Positions 49,259-61,000 of a DNA stretch of 64,000 bases are shown here, piece after piece; positions within the stretch are counted from its first letter, which is position 1; every line of letters begins with the position of its first letter. A program made the translations under genes and the position numbers. This DNA comes from Azolla caroliniana (taxonomy: Eukaryota; Plantae; Polypodiophyta), in NCBI GenBank assembly GCA_043228905.1, contig JBHGNT010000004.1:18228001-18292000 (forward strand), written 5' to 3'. A model generated the notes under the pieces. It saw only the letters and a program-made list of their open reading frames with translations, did no database searches and was not told the origin of the DNA.

Positions 49259-52200
49259 TGTGAAATGTTACGTGTGGAAGCTATACGAAACACAGAATAC
49301 CGACTGAGAAAAAATAGGTTTAATGGAGAGCTTAAGACACAATGTGTGTGGGAGAGATTTTTGGTAGATTGTCATCGGACCGGACATGTCCACCTGCAGA
49401 TCCTTAAGTAGGCGCTTTAGCCATATGGCTTTGCACGTTGCGATAGCCCCTCCTCAATACTCAGCCTTTGTGCTCGACAGTGCAACTGTCGGCTGCTTCT
49501 TGCTACTCCACGCAATTGCGACGCTCTGAAGGGAGAACGCTGTCGAGGTATTCCTCGCGGATGCGTGGAATGAGGCGGAACCTCGGGGGTCCTGTACCAA
49601 AGAGCAAGAGAGAAGGGACAAGAGACCCACTACGTGCGAGCGTAGATTCACAGGGACGCGGCCCTTCGACACAAAGACGCGAGTGGGACAGCGACACAGA
49701 GAGACACGAATGTATGCATATATTAACAAGACAACAACAAGAACACAGAAGCAACAAAAACACGAAGTCGGTTACAACCAAACAGGCCGGCGAACAGATG
49801 CCGATGCCTGTTCGTAAATGCACAGAAAGACAGGAGCAGGTTGGAGGTGCTGCCGGAAGCACTCGGGCATTCCTCAGAGCAGCGCGAGCCTCCCGAAACC
49901 TGCACAGAAGGAAGCTATGGAGTTTGCGAACCAGAGAGAGAGAGAGCCTTCGCCCACGAACCGACATCACTTCGTCCTCGATTCTCCGCGATCCCCTCGC
50001 CCCTCCTCGTCTCCCTCCTTTTATAGGCAAGGAAGGAGCCGTTTCCCCCTTTACTTCCTACCTACCGAACCTACCTAGGATCTCCTATGTACAACATAAG
50101 GCGCACGTGCATGAAGAGTCGGTTCCCACGCTCCGGTGCACCGATTCCGCTTGTGGACGGTTTTCTTCACGACAACGCGAATCCGGATGTGGATCGGCGA
50201 TCGCCCGCATTTCTAGCCTAGTCGACATCTGTATAACCGACTAGCTGCGCGGCCGTACTGGTCCGATATAGTAGCCCTCGGTCCTTAGTGCCACTGACGT
50301 ACCTGAGTATGCGTTGTGCGCACTGAAGGTGCTCCTTGGTTGGTTGCACCATGAGCTGACTAATCAAGCCGAACGGGTAACTGAGGTCTGGCTGGGTGAT
50401 AGTCAAGTATATGTGGCTTCTGAAAATCTGTCAGAATCTTTTCGAGTCGTAGACCTTGCCGGAGTCGGGGCGAAGCTTCACGGTTCTGTCCAGAGGAGTT
50501 GAAACGGACTTATAGTCTACCGTCCCGAACTTGAAGAGCATACTCAACACGTAATGCCGTTGGTTGATCAGTATGCCTTCGCGGGTTCATATCACTTCGA
50601 TCCCAAGAAGGTAATGAAGGTCCCCCAGGTCCTTCATATCAAATGATGCCACAAGCTGGAGCTTTACGCGGTCAATTTCACCTAGGTCAATGCCGGCGAT
50701 GACCAAGTAATCAACATAAAGTAAAATACTAACCGGTCCAAGTCGACATTGCCGGACGAACAATGAAGAGCCCGATTTGGACGTCGCAAATCCCATCCGA
50801 TGCCATCGTTGCGTGATCTTCGCATTACTGGCACGTAGGGCTTGCTTTAGTCCATAAAGGGACTTCTTCAACCGGCATACTGCCGGAAGTGTTCGCTCCG
50901 GAGTGAAATCCGGGGGGTTGTACCAAGTACACTTGTTCCTCAAGCTCGCCTTGCAGGAATGCATTCTTTACATCCATTTGATGTAAGTGCCACCCCTTCG
51001 CCACAGCTACCGCAAGCAAAACACGGATTGTCGTCATCTTTGTGACCAACGCAAACGTCTCATCGTAATCGATGTTGTGTTGTTGCGCGTAGCCTTTTGC
51101 TACTAACCAGGCCTTGTAGCGGTTGACCGAGCCGTCGGTGTTGTACTTGACCTTGTACACCCACCTGCATCCAATCGACTTTACACCCTTGGGGGCGTCA
51201 ACCAGGTCCCAGGTTTCATTCTTTGCAAGTACGTTCATCTCCTCCTCCATGGCGGCACGCCAATTTGCATCCTTTGCCGCTTCTGCGTAGCTCTTCGGCT
51301 CACGCACTTCCGCTACACGTGTCATGTACGCATGGTGATGCGCCATGTACTCGTTGTATCCGAACCGCATAACAGGGTTCTTCTGGCGGGTAGATTGGCA
51401 ATAATTGCTCATTAGCCGATGTTGAGGCCGTTCTAGCCGACGCGGGCTTCGCTCTTGAAGGCCCGTCATCGCTCTTCTTAGAGTCAGATTCGCATCGATC
51501 CGATCCGACTCGTCCCTATCCGTGCTGTACTCCGATATCTTCTCGTTTCCCTTTTCTTTGTGCGTAAGCCGTGTCTTCGGCTTCCTGCGCGGGGAATGCA
51601 TAACCAAGTCTCCACTACTCGCCGACTCTTCATCTGACTAGTCAAACCGACCTAGTCGCTCATTCGGTGCACTTAGCCGAAATGAGATCAAACTCTCTTG
51701 AAGAATTTTGACTTCGCGCTCATCAGGGGGCATCGCAGGCTCGTTGAACTCATCTTCAGAACTAGGATTGGAGTTGAGGTTTGGAGTCGGAGGCAAATAT
51801 CAAGACGTGGATTGATCGAACACAACATCGCGGTGCCTACATCATTGGTTCGTCATATGGTTTGACTCTCCAGAGTCAATGTACCACACTTCGTCAGATT
51901 TCGGGGTGGTCTTCTTCATCGAGTTCGCTTCGTGTCTTGTCACGAAGGCTGCCCCATTTCCGACTTTTTCAGATCCTTCGGCGTATTTCGTCCGTTGCCG
52001 ATCCGGATTTGGTTTTCTCCGAATCGGCGCACTTCCTCCAGCACTCGCTCTCATTGTGGCCTTTCTTGCCACAATATTAGCATTCCACGACGTGTTTCCG
52101 TTGCTATCAGAATCACCACGATGCCTTCTGCCTTGCTCCTATCGGTCGTCTCTATTGCGCGCCGACTGGCCTCGTCTGCCACCACCACGGGGCCCATTTC

Positions 52201-53227
52201 CCTACGAGTACAACATCTTACTGTCGGCGTGCGTACTTGTCAACGAATTTGCGTGATTATCCTCTACATGGAGCATCGAATGCAAGTCGAAAAAGGACGG
52301 CGTATTCTCCCTTGTACGAACATCAGTTCGAAATGCTCAGAACTTCGACGCCAATACTCTGAGGCAGATCTGCACCATTTCGCCCTCAACATTCACATCA
52401 ATGGAGGCGAGGGAGTTGCAAATATCCTTTATCTTGGAGGTGTAGTCAGTCACCGTCATGTCTATGGTGCTTGTGGAGAAAATCTTTTTCAGATTTCTCC
52501 AAGCATCCTTTCGTGTTCTTGCATCCCGAATGTAGCTCAAGAGTTGTTCGCTCACATAGGATGTGAGGTAGTAGAGAACTCTGCTCGTAGATTGTTCCCA
52601 GGCTGGGAAGTCTCTGTGTGTCGATTCGGGTGCTGCATCATTCGCTCCATCGACATAGCTCCAGTATCCATGTCCGAGCAGGTATTGGTGCATCTTGTAC
52701 GACCAAGATGCGTAGTTACTTTTGTTGAGCTTCTCAGTTGGAAGTGAACTAGCCATACCTCTATCCATTTTTTTCTTTCTGTTCTTCACTGACATTAGGT
52801 TTTTTTTATGTGGTTTGAGCTTAAGTCGGCTGTTGAGGTTCTCAACCCTCACGCTTTGATACCATGTGAAATGTTATGTGCGGAAGCTATACGAAACACA
52901 TAATACCGACAGAGAAAAACAGGTTTAATGGAGAGCTTAAGACACAATGTATGCGAGAGAGATAGAGAGGGAAAAAACACAGAAAAACTAAATTCGAATA
53001 ATGTGTATACTCGATACATAGGATGTGCTCAGAGAGCACTTTTATACAAGTCTATACAGACTGATAGAAGTACTGACACGTATTTCAATTCTCATAACTG
53101 AGCTCCTATACTAACTCCCAAATATATTCCCTCGCGGAATATCTGATCAACGGCCTCACAGTTTGTGCACCAATTTACGAACCGGTTTACGCACCGAACC
53201 GACCAATGTTGAGCTTGTATCTCAACA
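49259..53227 (-). mobile_element. Copia-J: degenerate copia (gag, protease, RT, part of RNase H; integrase core deleted); 5' LTR 52865-53227, partial 3' LTR 49259-~49357
   Basis: iMet PBS at 52850-52864. KLNKSNYASW gag, WYIDSG protease joined to the RDVVFD region, RT motifs. The two flanks do not share a TSD. Confidence 0.85.
49541..50174 (-). mobile_element. Solo LTR of the 4-bp-TSD gypsy family, inserted in the RNase H of Copia-J
   Basis: TGTCG...CGACA termini and TSD ACGC on both sides. Removal restores TSGFAFSL. Confidence 0.9.
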
Positions 53228-53337
53228 CTTTCGTCACTAACTGGGCCTTGTATCGATTGATTAAGCCGTAGGTGTTGTACTTCACCTTGTACACCCATCT
53301 ACATCCGATCGGCTTCACACCTTTAGGTGCGTCAACC
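53228..53337 (-). mobile_element. Short copia RT fragment
   Basis: VDAPKGVKPIGCRWVYKVKYN...YKAQLV, ending abruptly at ~53337. Confidence 0.85.
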
Positions 53338-53599
53338 GATAACGCGTGTAGGTGAAAGCATGCAAGTGGAAACAATTAGCTATGTCCTTGACATAGCTAA
53401 TCAGCTATGCAAAAAGCTACCATTGAAAATAGTAGAGAGTTTTAATTATATAAATGAGCACCATAAATGTGCAACATAAATTGATATGTGCACCATAAAT
53501 TATATACTGAATTCCTAGTTCCATTATGCATGATCCTTTGCCACATCACGTGGGCCATCTTTGGTTGAGTATTCTGGCTTAGATTACTACCACTATTGC

Positions 53600-54380
53600 T
53601 AAACCCTATTGAGTCCACTCCTCCATTGCAGCCATTCTACACTCAGTTACCGACACTATATGGTCCAAGTATCATCTGCCACTGTTCGATTCGATGGAGT
53701 TCACTCCATTGCCGCTATTCTGCACTCAGTTGTTGCCATTCTGCACTCAGTTGCCGCCACTGTTCAGTCCAAGCATCATCTGCCAAGTTCACTCCTCCAT
53801 TTTTGCCATTGTACACTTAGTTGTCGCTACTGTGAAGGTCGTATATTGCTGCCACTTTTCGATCTGATGGAGTTAACTCCTTCTCCACTACCGCCATTCT
53901 ACTCTCAGTTGCCATCACTATGCGTTCCAAGCATCATCTGCCACTGTTCGATCTGACGAAGTTCACTCCTCCATTGCCATCATTCTACACTTAGTTGCCA
54001 CTACTATTCAGTGACCAGTCTTGGATTGCTACCACTTTTCGATTTGACGGAGTTCATTCATCCATTGCCATCATTCTACACTTAGTTGCCGCTACTGTTC
54101 GGTGGTGTATTGCTACCACTTTTCGATCTGAAGGAGTTCACTCCTTCTCCACTGCTGCCATTATACTCTCAGTTGTTGTCACTGTGCATTCCAAGCATCA
54201 TCTGCCACTGTTCGATCTGACGGAATTCACTCCTCCATTGCCATCATTCTACACTAAGTTGCCGCCATTCATTCGGTCCTGGATTGTCAAAATTGTTCGA
54301 TCAAACGGAGTTCACTCCTCCACTGCTGCCATCAGTTGCCGCCACTATTCGGCCCTGGATTACCGCTATTGTTCGGTCTT
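53600..54380. repeat. Diverged ~85-90 bp tandem array (~9 units)
   Basis: Recurring gccactgttcgatctgacggagttcactcctccattgcc...attctacactcagttgcc. Confidence 0.88.
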
Positions 54381-54536
54381 GGATTTGAATAAGTATTTTG
54401 TCTATCGATTATCTTGTGTATTGTTGTGTATAATATTGTGTATTGTGGAATATTTTTGTGTATTGTTGTTGCCCATAGCCATCTTTAATACGTGTCTTTT
54501 TTTCGGGAAAATTAGGGTTTCAACCCGTCAAGACAA

Positions 54537-57424
54537 ATGGAAGGGGAAGGAGGGTGTTTAGAATTACCCCTCAATGATCATCAGGATAGGGATGACGCTA
54601 TCAGGACACAACAAGCGATACGAAAGTATTGGGCAGAAAAAAAAAGAAAACATCGTCAATTGTTGAAGGATACGAAAGCCACACTCACTAAAGGTAAAGA
54701 TAGTATTGGTTGGGATATAGGTCTAAATATCATTGAGAATGGAAGTAATGAGACTACTAGCATAGAGAGAAAGGTTGTAGACTATTTCAATGTTCAACCC
54801 AAGGACATCACCAATGAAGACAAGAAGGTAGTACTTTATGGAATATTAAACGATCCATCGATAAAGGAGTTAGTTGATTGTGATGGTCTTAATGCAAACA
54901 TAACATCTGTACTAGTAAATAATCTCCGTAATAGTTTCGTATCCATGAGCAGGTCAAAAGATGATCTTGTCTTAAAAAGGTCTAGTCTAATGATGTTACT
55001 TAATAGTGATGTTGACGATATTAACATCAATGTGCTATCTAAGGTAATTGGTGTTAGTCGAAAAAGTGTGTACAATACATTGAACCAGATAGTTTCCTCG
55101 GGTGAAGGAACTAGTCTACTAAAGCTAACAACAAGATGTAAGCCAATAACACCCATAACATCAGAAATCAAGGATATAATCACAATATTTTGGACTAATG
55201 AGAGTAGGGTTTCACCCAATAAGAAGGATTTATGAAGGAAACGTGTTGGAATGAGTCAATACGAGGAGCATCTTATTCATCTTCTTGATGTACCTCAGGT
55301 ATTTACATTTAACTAATTAGCTACCAGAATTGCTAATCCCCTACTGGAATAACTATTGTACTAAACTATGGTAGTAGCTAATTAGCTACTGTATTAAACT
55401 ATGGTAATAGCTAATTAGCTACTGAGCTAAAGTATGGTATTAGCTAATTAGCTACTCAACTAAAGTATGGTAGTAGCTAATTAGCTACCACTTAGCTAAT
55501 TAGCTACTGTAGTAAACTATGGTAGTAGCTAATTAGCTACCACCTAACCATAGAGGTAATTAGTATGTCCATTTTATTACACGGGTCGATTTATTTATTA
55601 GTTTAGGCGAATGCATCCAAATATCTAAGTTCAACTACAAACATTCGAGTCTCTTAAACCACACTTTGTGAGACGCTTGAGGGATCGATACACATGTTGT
55701 TGCATTTACCATGTACAAATGGGTTTTCTCAAGGACTCTGTTAATCTAATATGTCACCATAACGCCTCCCTAACAAATGCAGTTTGCACTTGTGTGTGCC
55801 CAATTTGTTCATCTTGCCCGCATGAGCACTGTAAATCATCTCAGCATGTTATCTCTTCCATGAGTTGTCTTTTAGATTCAATATTGTGTCTGACAGAAAC
55901 TGAGGCCATCTTCCATAGTCATAAATGTGTCATGGGTTTATGTGAAGATTGTGGCCCTAGTAGATTTAGGTGGTGTCCAAATGAATTTAGTAGTGAAATA
56001 TTAATCTCTGTCAAGTTATTTGAGTCTGTTGACACCAATTTCGAAGCAAAGGTGTGTAAAAGGAAGGATCTAGTTAGGAAGTCGCTTAAACCAAGGGATT
56101 TGACGTCTCTATTTGTAGTATCTCTACGAAAGTTCATTAAACACAACTTCATTTATTCATGGCAAGACCATTAGTTTAAGACTTGCATATCTGATTTTCC
56201 AAATGATGTAGTAGTCTTAGTAGTAGATTTCACAGAGAATTGTACTTTGAAGCAGCAGAATGAAATTCAATCTATGCATTGGTGTTCAACGCAGGTAACC
56301 ATTATTGTGCACATAATATATTTTCGAGTTTCAGGTGATGTTAAAAAATTAATTCATTTTTTTTATTTCTGATGATAAGAAGCATGATACCTTGTTCGTC
56401 CAACATTGTTTAAACTTACATTGGCAATGGTTATTAGCTAAACGTTTTGAGCTTACTCAACATTGGGTCTGGTCTGATGCAGTTGCGTCACAATTCAGGT
56501 CTAGACGTCCATTTTATTTTGTGGGGAGGTATCCTGCTATAACAGGTTTGGAGATGAGATGGATTTTTTTTTGGGTTTGGCCATGGTAAAGGTGAACATG
56601 ATGGTGCAGGTGCTGTTATAAAGTGGGCACTTACCCATGAACAACTAAAGGCAGATGGTGTGCATATGAATTGTGCAGCACATGTAGAATTTTAAAGAGC
56701 TAATATGTCAACGACTACAACTAGTGTTTATTCCTCGCAGGTCCAAGATATCAAACGTGAATTTTGGGAAGTGAAGATACATGAAGTAAATATGGAGAAA
56801 ACCTGTGAGTTCCAAGGAATTCCTGAATTGCGATCTCTCCATGTTGTTCGCGGTTATTCTAGGTTGGATGGTCATTGTATTGCGGTTAGAGAATTAACTT
56901 GTTTTTGCTTCCATTGTGTGCAGGGAAATTGGAGGTATTGTCTAAACAAAGCATATATTTAGAATTGGGAGTATCATACATTGAACGATAAGGAAGCAGT
57001 TGAAGGAGAAACAGAAAAGAATGCTGACTTCACATATCCAGGATGTGGAGATACTCTGAGTGATGTCTTAAATGTTGGGGATAATTTCACTACAAATGCA
57101 GAAGAAGGCAATTTAGAGGGTGCTGATTTCTATATATTGAAGTGCATGATTAGTAAACAGTGTGCAACGCAGAATATATTAGATGCTTGGGGAAATGTTG
57201 TATCTACCGGGACATTCTACATTGAAGGTATTTTTTATGCAAGACTAGATGATTACGATTATGTGTATAGGCTATTAGAAAACAAACCAGTGGCGTACAT
57301 GTACTCTCATTTGGTCAGGTGCATCAATGTCCCAATGTCGCAATACAATAGTTGGTCAGGTTTATACACAGTTAGTGCTAATGTGTATGAATGTATTTAC
57401 AACAGTATGCCATGGAATTTGTAG
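54537..57424 (+). pseudogene. DDD transposase pseudogene, Sola2-like, with one intron (~55299-55584)
   Basis: Motifs WTNESRVSPNKKD, TCCCIYH, Cys-rich region, VVDFTEN..QNEIQSMHW..QVT, SDDKKHD, WSDAVASQFRS, GHGKGEHDGAG and RELTCFCFHC. Several stops and frameshifts. Confidence 0.75.
55310..55545. repeat. Intronic ~33-bp minisatellite built on the palindrome AGCTAATTAGCT
   Basis: Unit similar to ctatggtagtagctaattagctactgtattaaa, about 6 copies. Confidence 0.85.
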
Positions 57425-57809
57425 CTACAAGTAGCAATTACCAGTTTTCTTGTAAAACAAACAAAACACATGTATTGCAAGTAAATAGTTTAATGGACCT
57501 GTTTGGGAGTTTATTTTTTGATATACGGTCTACTTTTTGTGCTTCTTTCTCAACAAAATCATGTGTCATTTTTATGTACAGTCTTCTTTCTGATATATAG
57601 TTTAATAATATCATTTAGGGTTCTTCTTTCTGAGATACAGATTTACTCAAGTGAACCATGTACAAGTTAAAATAGTTTGCATAATTTTAAGAAAAAGCAC
57701 TATCATGAAATCAACAATCCTGAACATACTCTTAAAATTACACAATAGATAAGTTACTCAAAACAAGCAATTTAATTCTTCATTGATTAAGTGGTAGCAA
57801 ATTACATAT

Positions 57810-58031
57810 TTATAACATCCCATTGCCAATGTCTTGAAATCGCCTATAAACAACTAAGCTCTTGCTGGGCAGTGGAACTTCTCTACATATATGATCTACA
57901 TACCAAGCTCGGTATGGAGTCCACAACCATGTAGCTAGTTGGCAGCTCAATGTTTTCACCAAATAGTGTTCAGGTATTTCATCGGGTAAAATGAGACAGC
58001 ATTTGCGAATGTTGAAGTAATGTCGAAAATG
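57810..58031 (-). pseudogene. C-terminal part of an FCP1/NIF-like HAD-domain gene interrupted by Copia-F
   Basis: Joins in frame to 63345-63917 after removing F and one TSD (…LILDTEHF-RHYFNIRK…GNGML*). Confidence 0.7.
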
Positions 58032-61000
58032 TGTTGGGATTTCGGTCCCTACGGATGGGATGTCCGGAGATGAACGACGGCAATCCCGGTTACGGTTACG
58101 GTCCCGGCTACGGAGCCGGATGATGAAGACCCCGGCTACGGAGCCGGATGATGAATGTACCCGGGGCGAGATCCGGATGCGGGGACATACTTGTGAATAT
58201 GTTCGCCAAGGGCCCTTTGAGGCTATATTTGTAAATAGCCCGAAAGTCATATGCGTATAAATATGACTTAGGGCAAACAGTTTTATGTTGCTGCTCATTT
58301 TTATGTTTTCAGTTGAGAGAGCGAAGTGAGAGCAGTAGAGAGAGAGAGAGAGAGAAAGAAACGAAGAGGTCGACGCCTCTGTGTATTACCGCCGCCTGTG
58401 GCGAAGACAGAGCTCAAGGTTGTTGCCTTGTAGCTACACCATTGTACATCTCTGTGTATAGTGATAGTTGGAGTTTGAGGACTCCCGTGGTTTTTTTCCA
58501 TTTAGGGTTTTTCCACGTAAAACACCCTGTGTACTCTTCTCTCTATTGTCTTCGTACATTTTGTATTTCCTGTTTTTCTGTGAGTTGATCCTATTCCTCG
58601 GTTGTGTCCGAGCACGGTTTTCAACAAATTGGTATCAGAGCTCGGTAACACAGAAAATGGAAGGCGGCGGTAGTGGGCCTCCGGGCATGATGGTGTTGAA
58701 CTCACAGAACTACGCCGACTGGAAGATAAAGATGGAAGACCTTCTCATCGTCCGAGACCTGTATGAACCGATCGACAATGCCGAGATACCCAAGGGGGTA
58801 ATAGAGTCGGAGTGGAAGCTCCTGAACCGGAAAGCCGTAGCGACGATCCGGCAATACGTCGACGTGAGCGTTCTACAACATGTGGCGAACGACACCAACG
58901 CATATGAGATGTGGCGGAAGCTGTCGGGTCTCTACGAGAGGAAGAATGCGTTGAACCGGACCTCCCTGATGAGGAAGATAGTGAACCTCAAGTACCGGGA
59001 CGGCGAGAATATGGTGGAACACGTAAGCACGTTCATGGGATTCGTGAACCAGCTTGCGGCGATCAAGTTCCCGCTGGAGGATGCAATGCAAGCCATCATT
59101 CTGATGTGTACATTGCCGGATAGCTGGGAGAACTTGGTGGTGACTCTCAGCACCTCCTGCACGGAAGATAACTTGTCCCTACAAACGGTAAAGACAAGCA
59201 TTTTGAACGAAGAAGCGCGTCGGAGAGATAAAGAATCGGCCTCCGACTCGAAGGCGCTGCTTACCGAATCGGAACGAGGAAGACAATGGAACCGGAGTCC
59301 GCAAAGACGGGAGAAGTCGGGGACCCGGTCGCAGTCAAGAGGAAGACCCACATGCTTCCACTGTGGGAAGCCGGGGCACTTCCGGAAGAATTGTCGGCAT
59401 TACCGAAAGGACAACGGAGCCGGCGACACCGATTCGAAGAAGTCACCAGAGAGAAACGGTGCATACCGGGGAGCCACGGACCGGAGAGGTCCGGATCGGC
59501 GAGGGCAGGACCGGAAAGGAACGACGGCACTCGCGGCAAGTGAGGAAGAAATCATGCTCATCACCGAAGAAGGTGAACTGAACATTGCCGGCGATGAGAC
59601 TACCTGGGTGGTCGATTCCGGAGCGTCGTTCCACCTGACCCCGGAGAGAAGATACTTCTCATCCTACACAGTCGGTGAGCATGGCTGTGTTTGGATGGGA
59701 AATGAAGGTACGTGCCGGATTGCCGGCATAGGAGACGTGTGGTTGACAACCCCGACCGGATGCAAAATGCTGCTGAAGGATGTCCGACACGTTCCGGAGG
59801 TTCGATTGAACCTGATTTCGGCCGGGAGGCTAGACGATGAAGGCTACACAGGTAGCATCCGGAACGGCGTAATGAAGTTCAGCAAGGGAAGCCTGATAGT
59901 GGCTCGGGCCCGGAAAGTCAACACACTGTACCTTATGAATGCCTGGTTGTGTCCGGAAGAGTTGAACGTTGCAGCCGACACTGCCGGTGAGCTGTGGCAC
60001 AAGAGACTGTGCCACATGAGTGAGAAGGGGATGAAGAGGCTTGCAGAAGACAACCTTATTCCAGTGAAGCATGTGCACCTGGAGAAGTGCACCGATTGCC
60101 TGGCCGGTAAGCAGAACCGAACCTCCTTCCACTCAAGGCCACCGACGAGACGTAGCGCACCATTGGAGTTGGTGCACACTGATGTGTGTCAGGTAGAAAC
60201 GAAGTCACATGGCGGAGCCCAGTACTTCGTAACATTCATTGATGATCACAGCCGGAAGCTGTGGACGGCACCGTTGAAGACAAAGGACCAAGTGTTGTCC
60301 GTCTTCAAAGAACTCCACGCGAGAGTGGAAAGAGAATCCGGCAAGAAGCTGAAAGCGATACGAGCGGATAACGGAGGGGAATACCGGGGGCAGTTCGCAG
60401 AGTACTGTCGCTCGAAGGGAATCCGGCTCGAGTTTACTGTGCCGAAGACGCCGGAACTGAACGGGCTGGCCGAGAGGATGAACCGGACCATAATGGAGAG
60501 GGTCCGGAGTATGCTGGCGCATGCGAAATTACCCAAGGGGTTTTGGGCTGAGGCAATGTCGACGGCGACATACGTGATAAACAGATCACCCTCAGTACCT
60601 TTGGACGGAGACACGCCGCAGAGAGTGTGGACCGGTAGGGAAGTATCCTACCGGCATCTGAAGGTGTTCGGGTGTCTCGCATATGTGCATGTGGCTAAGG
60701 ACCGGAGAGGAAAGCTAGATCCAAAGACCCGGCCATGCATATTCCTCGGTTACGGCGATGACGAGTTCGGCTACCGAGTATGGGACCCGGTCGACAAGAA
60801 GATATTCCGGAGTCGTGATATCATCTTCATGGAGAACAAGACACTCGCCGACTGGGAGTCGGAGAAGAAGATGAAGAGCTCCAAGTCGACCGGTGAGGAT
60901 CAACTCTACGAGGAGCAGTCCCGACCGGCAAGGGACCGGTTAGCACTCGAGGATCCGGCCGAAGACGGTGAAGAAACAGAACCGGCCGAAGAAGACGAAA

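Noticed and set aside
58468-58656. N-terminal 63 codons of the 1420-aa ORF
   Set aside because: They lie in the LTR and PBS; Gag more plausibly starts at ATG 58657.
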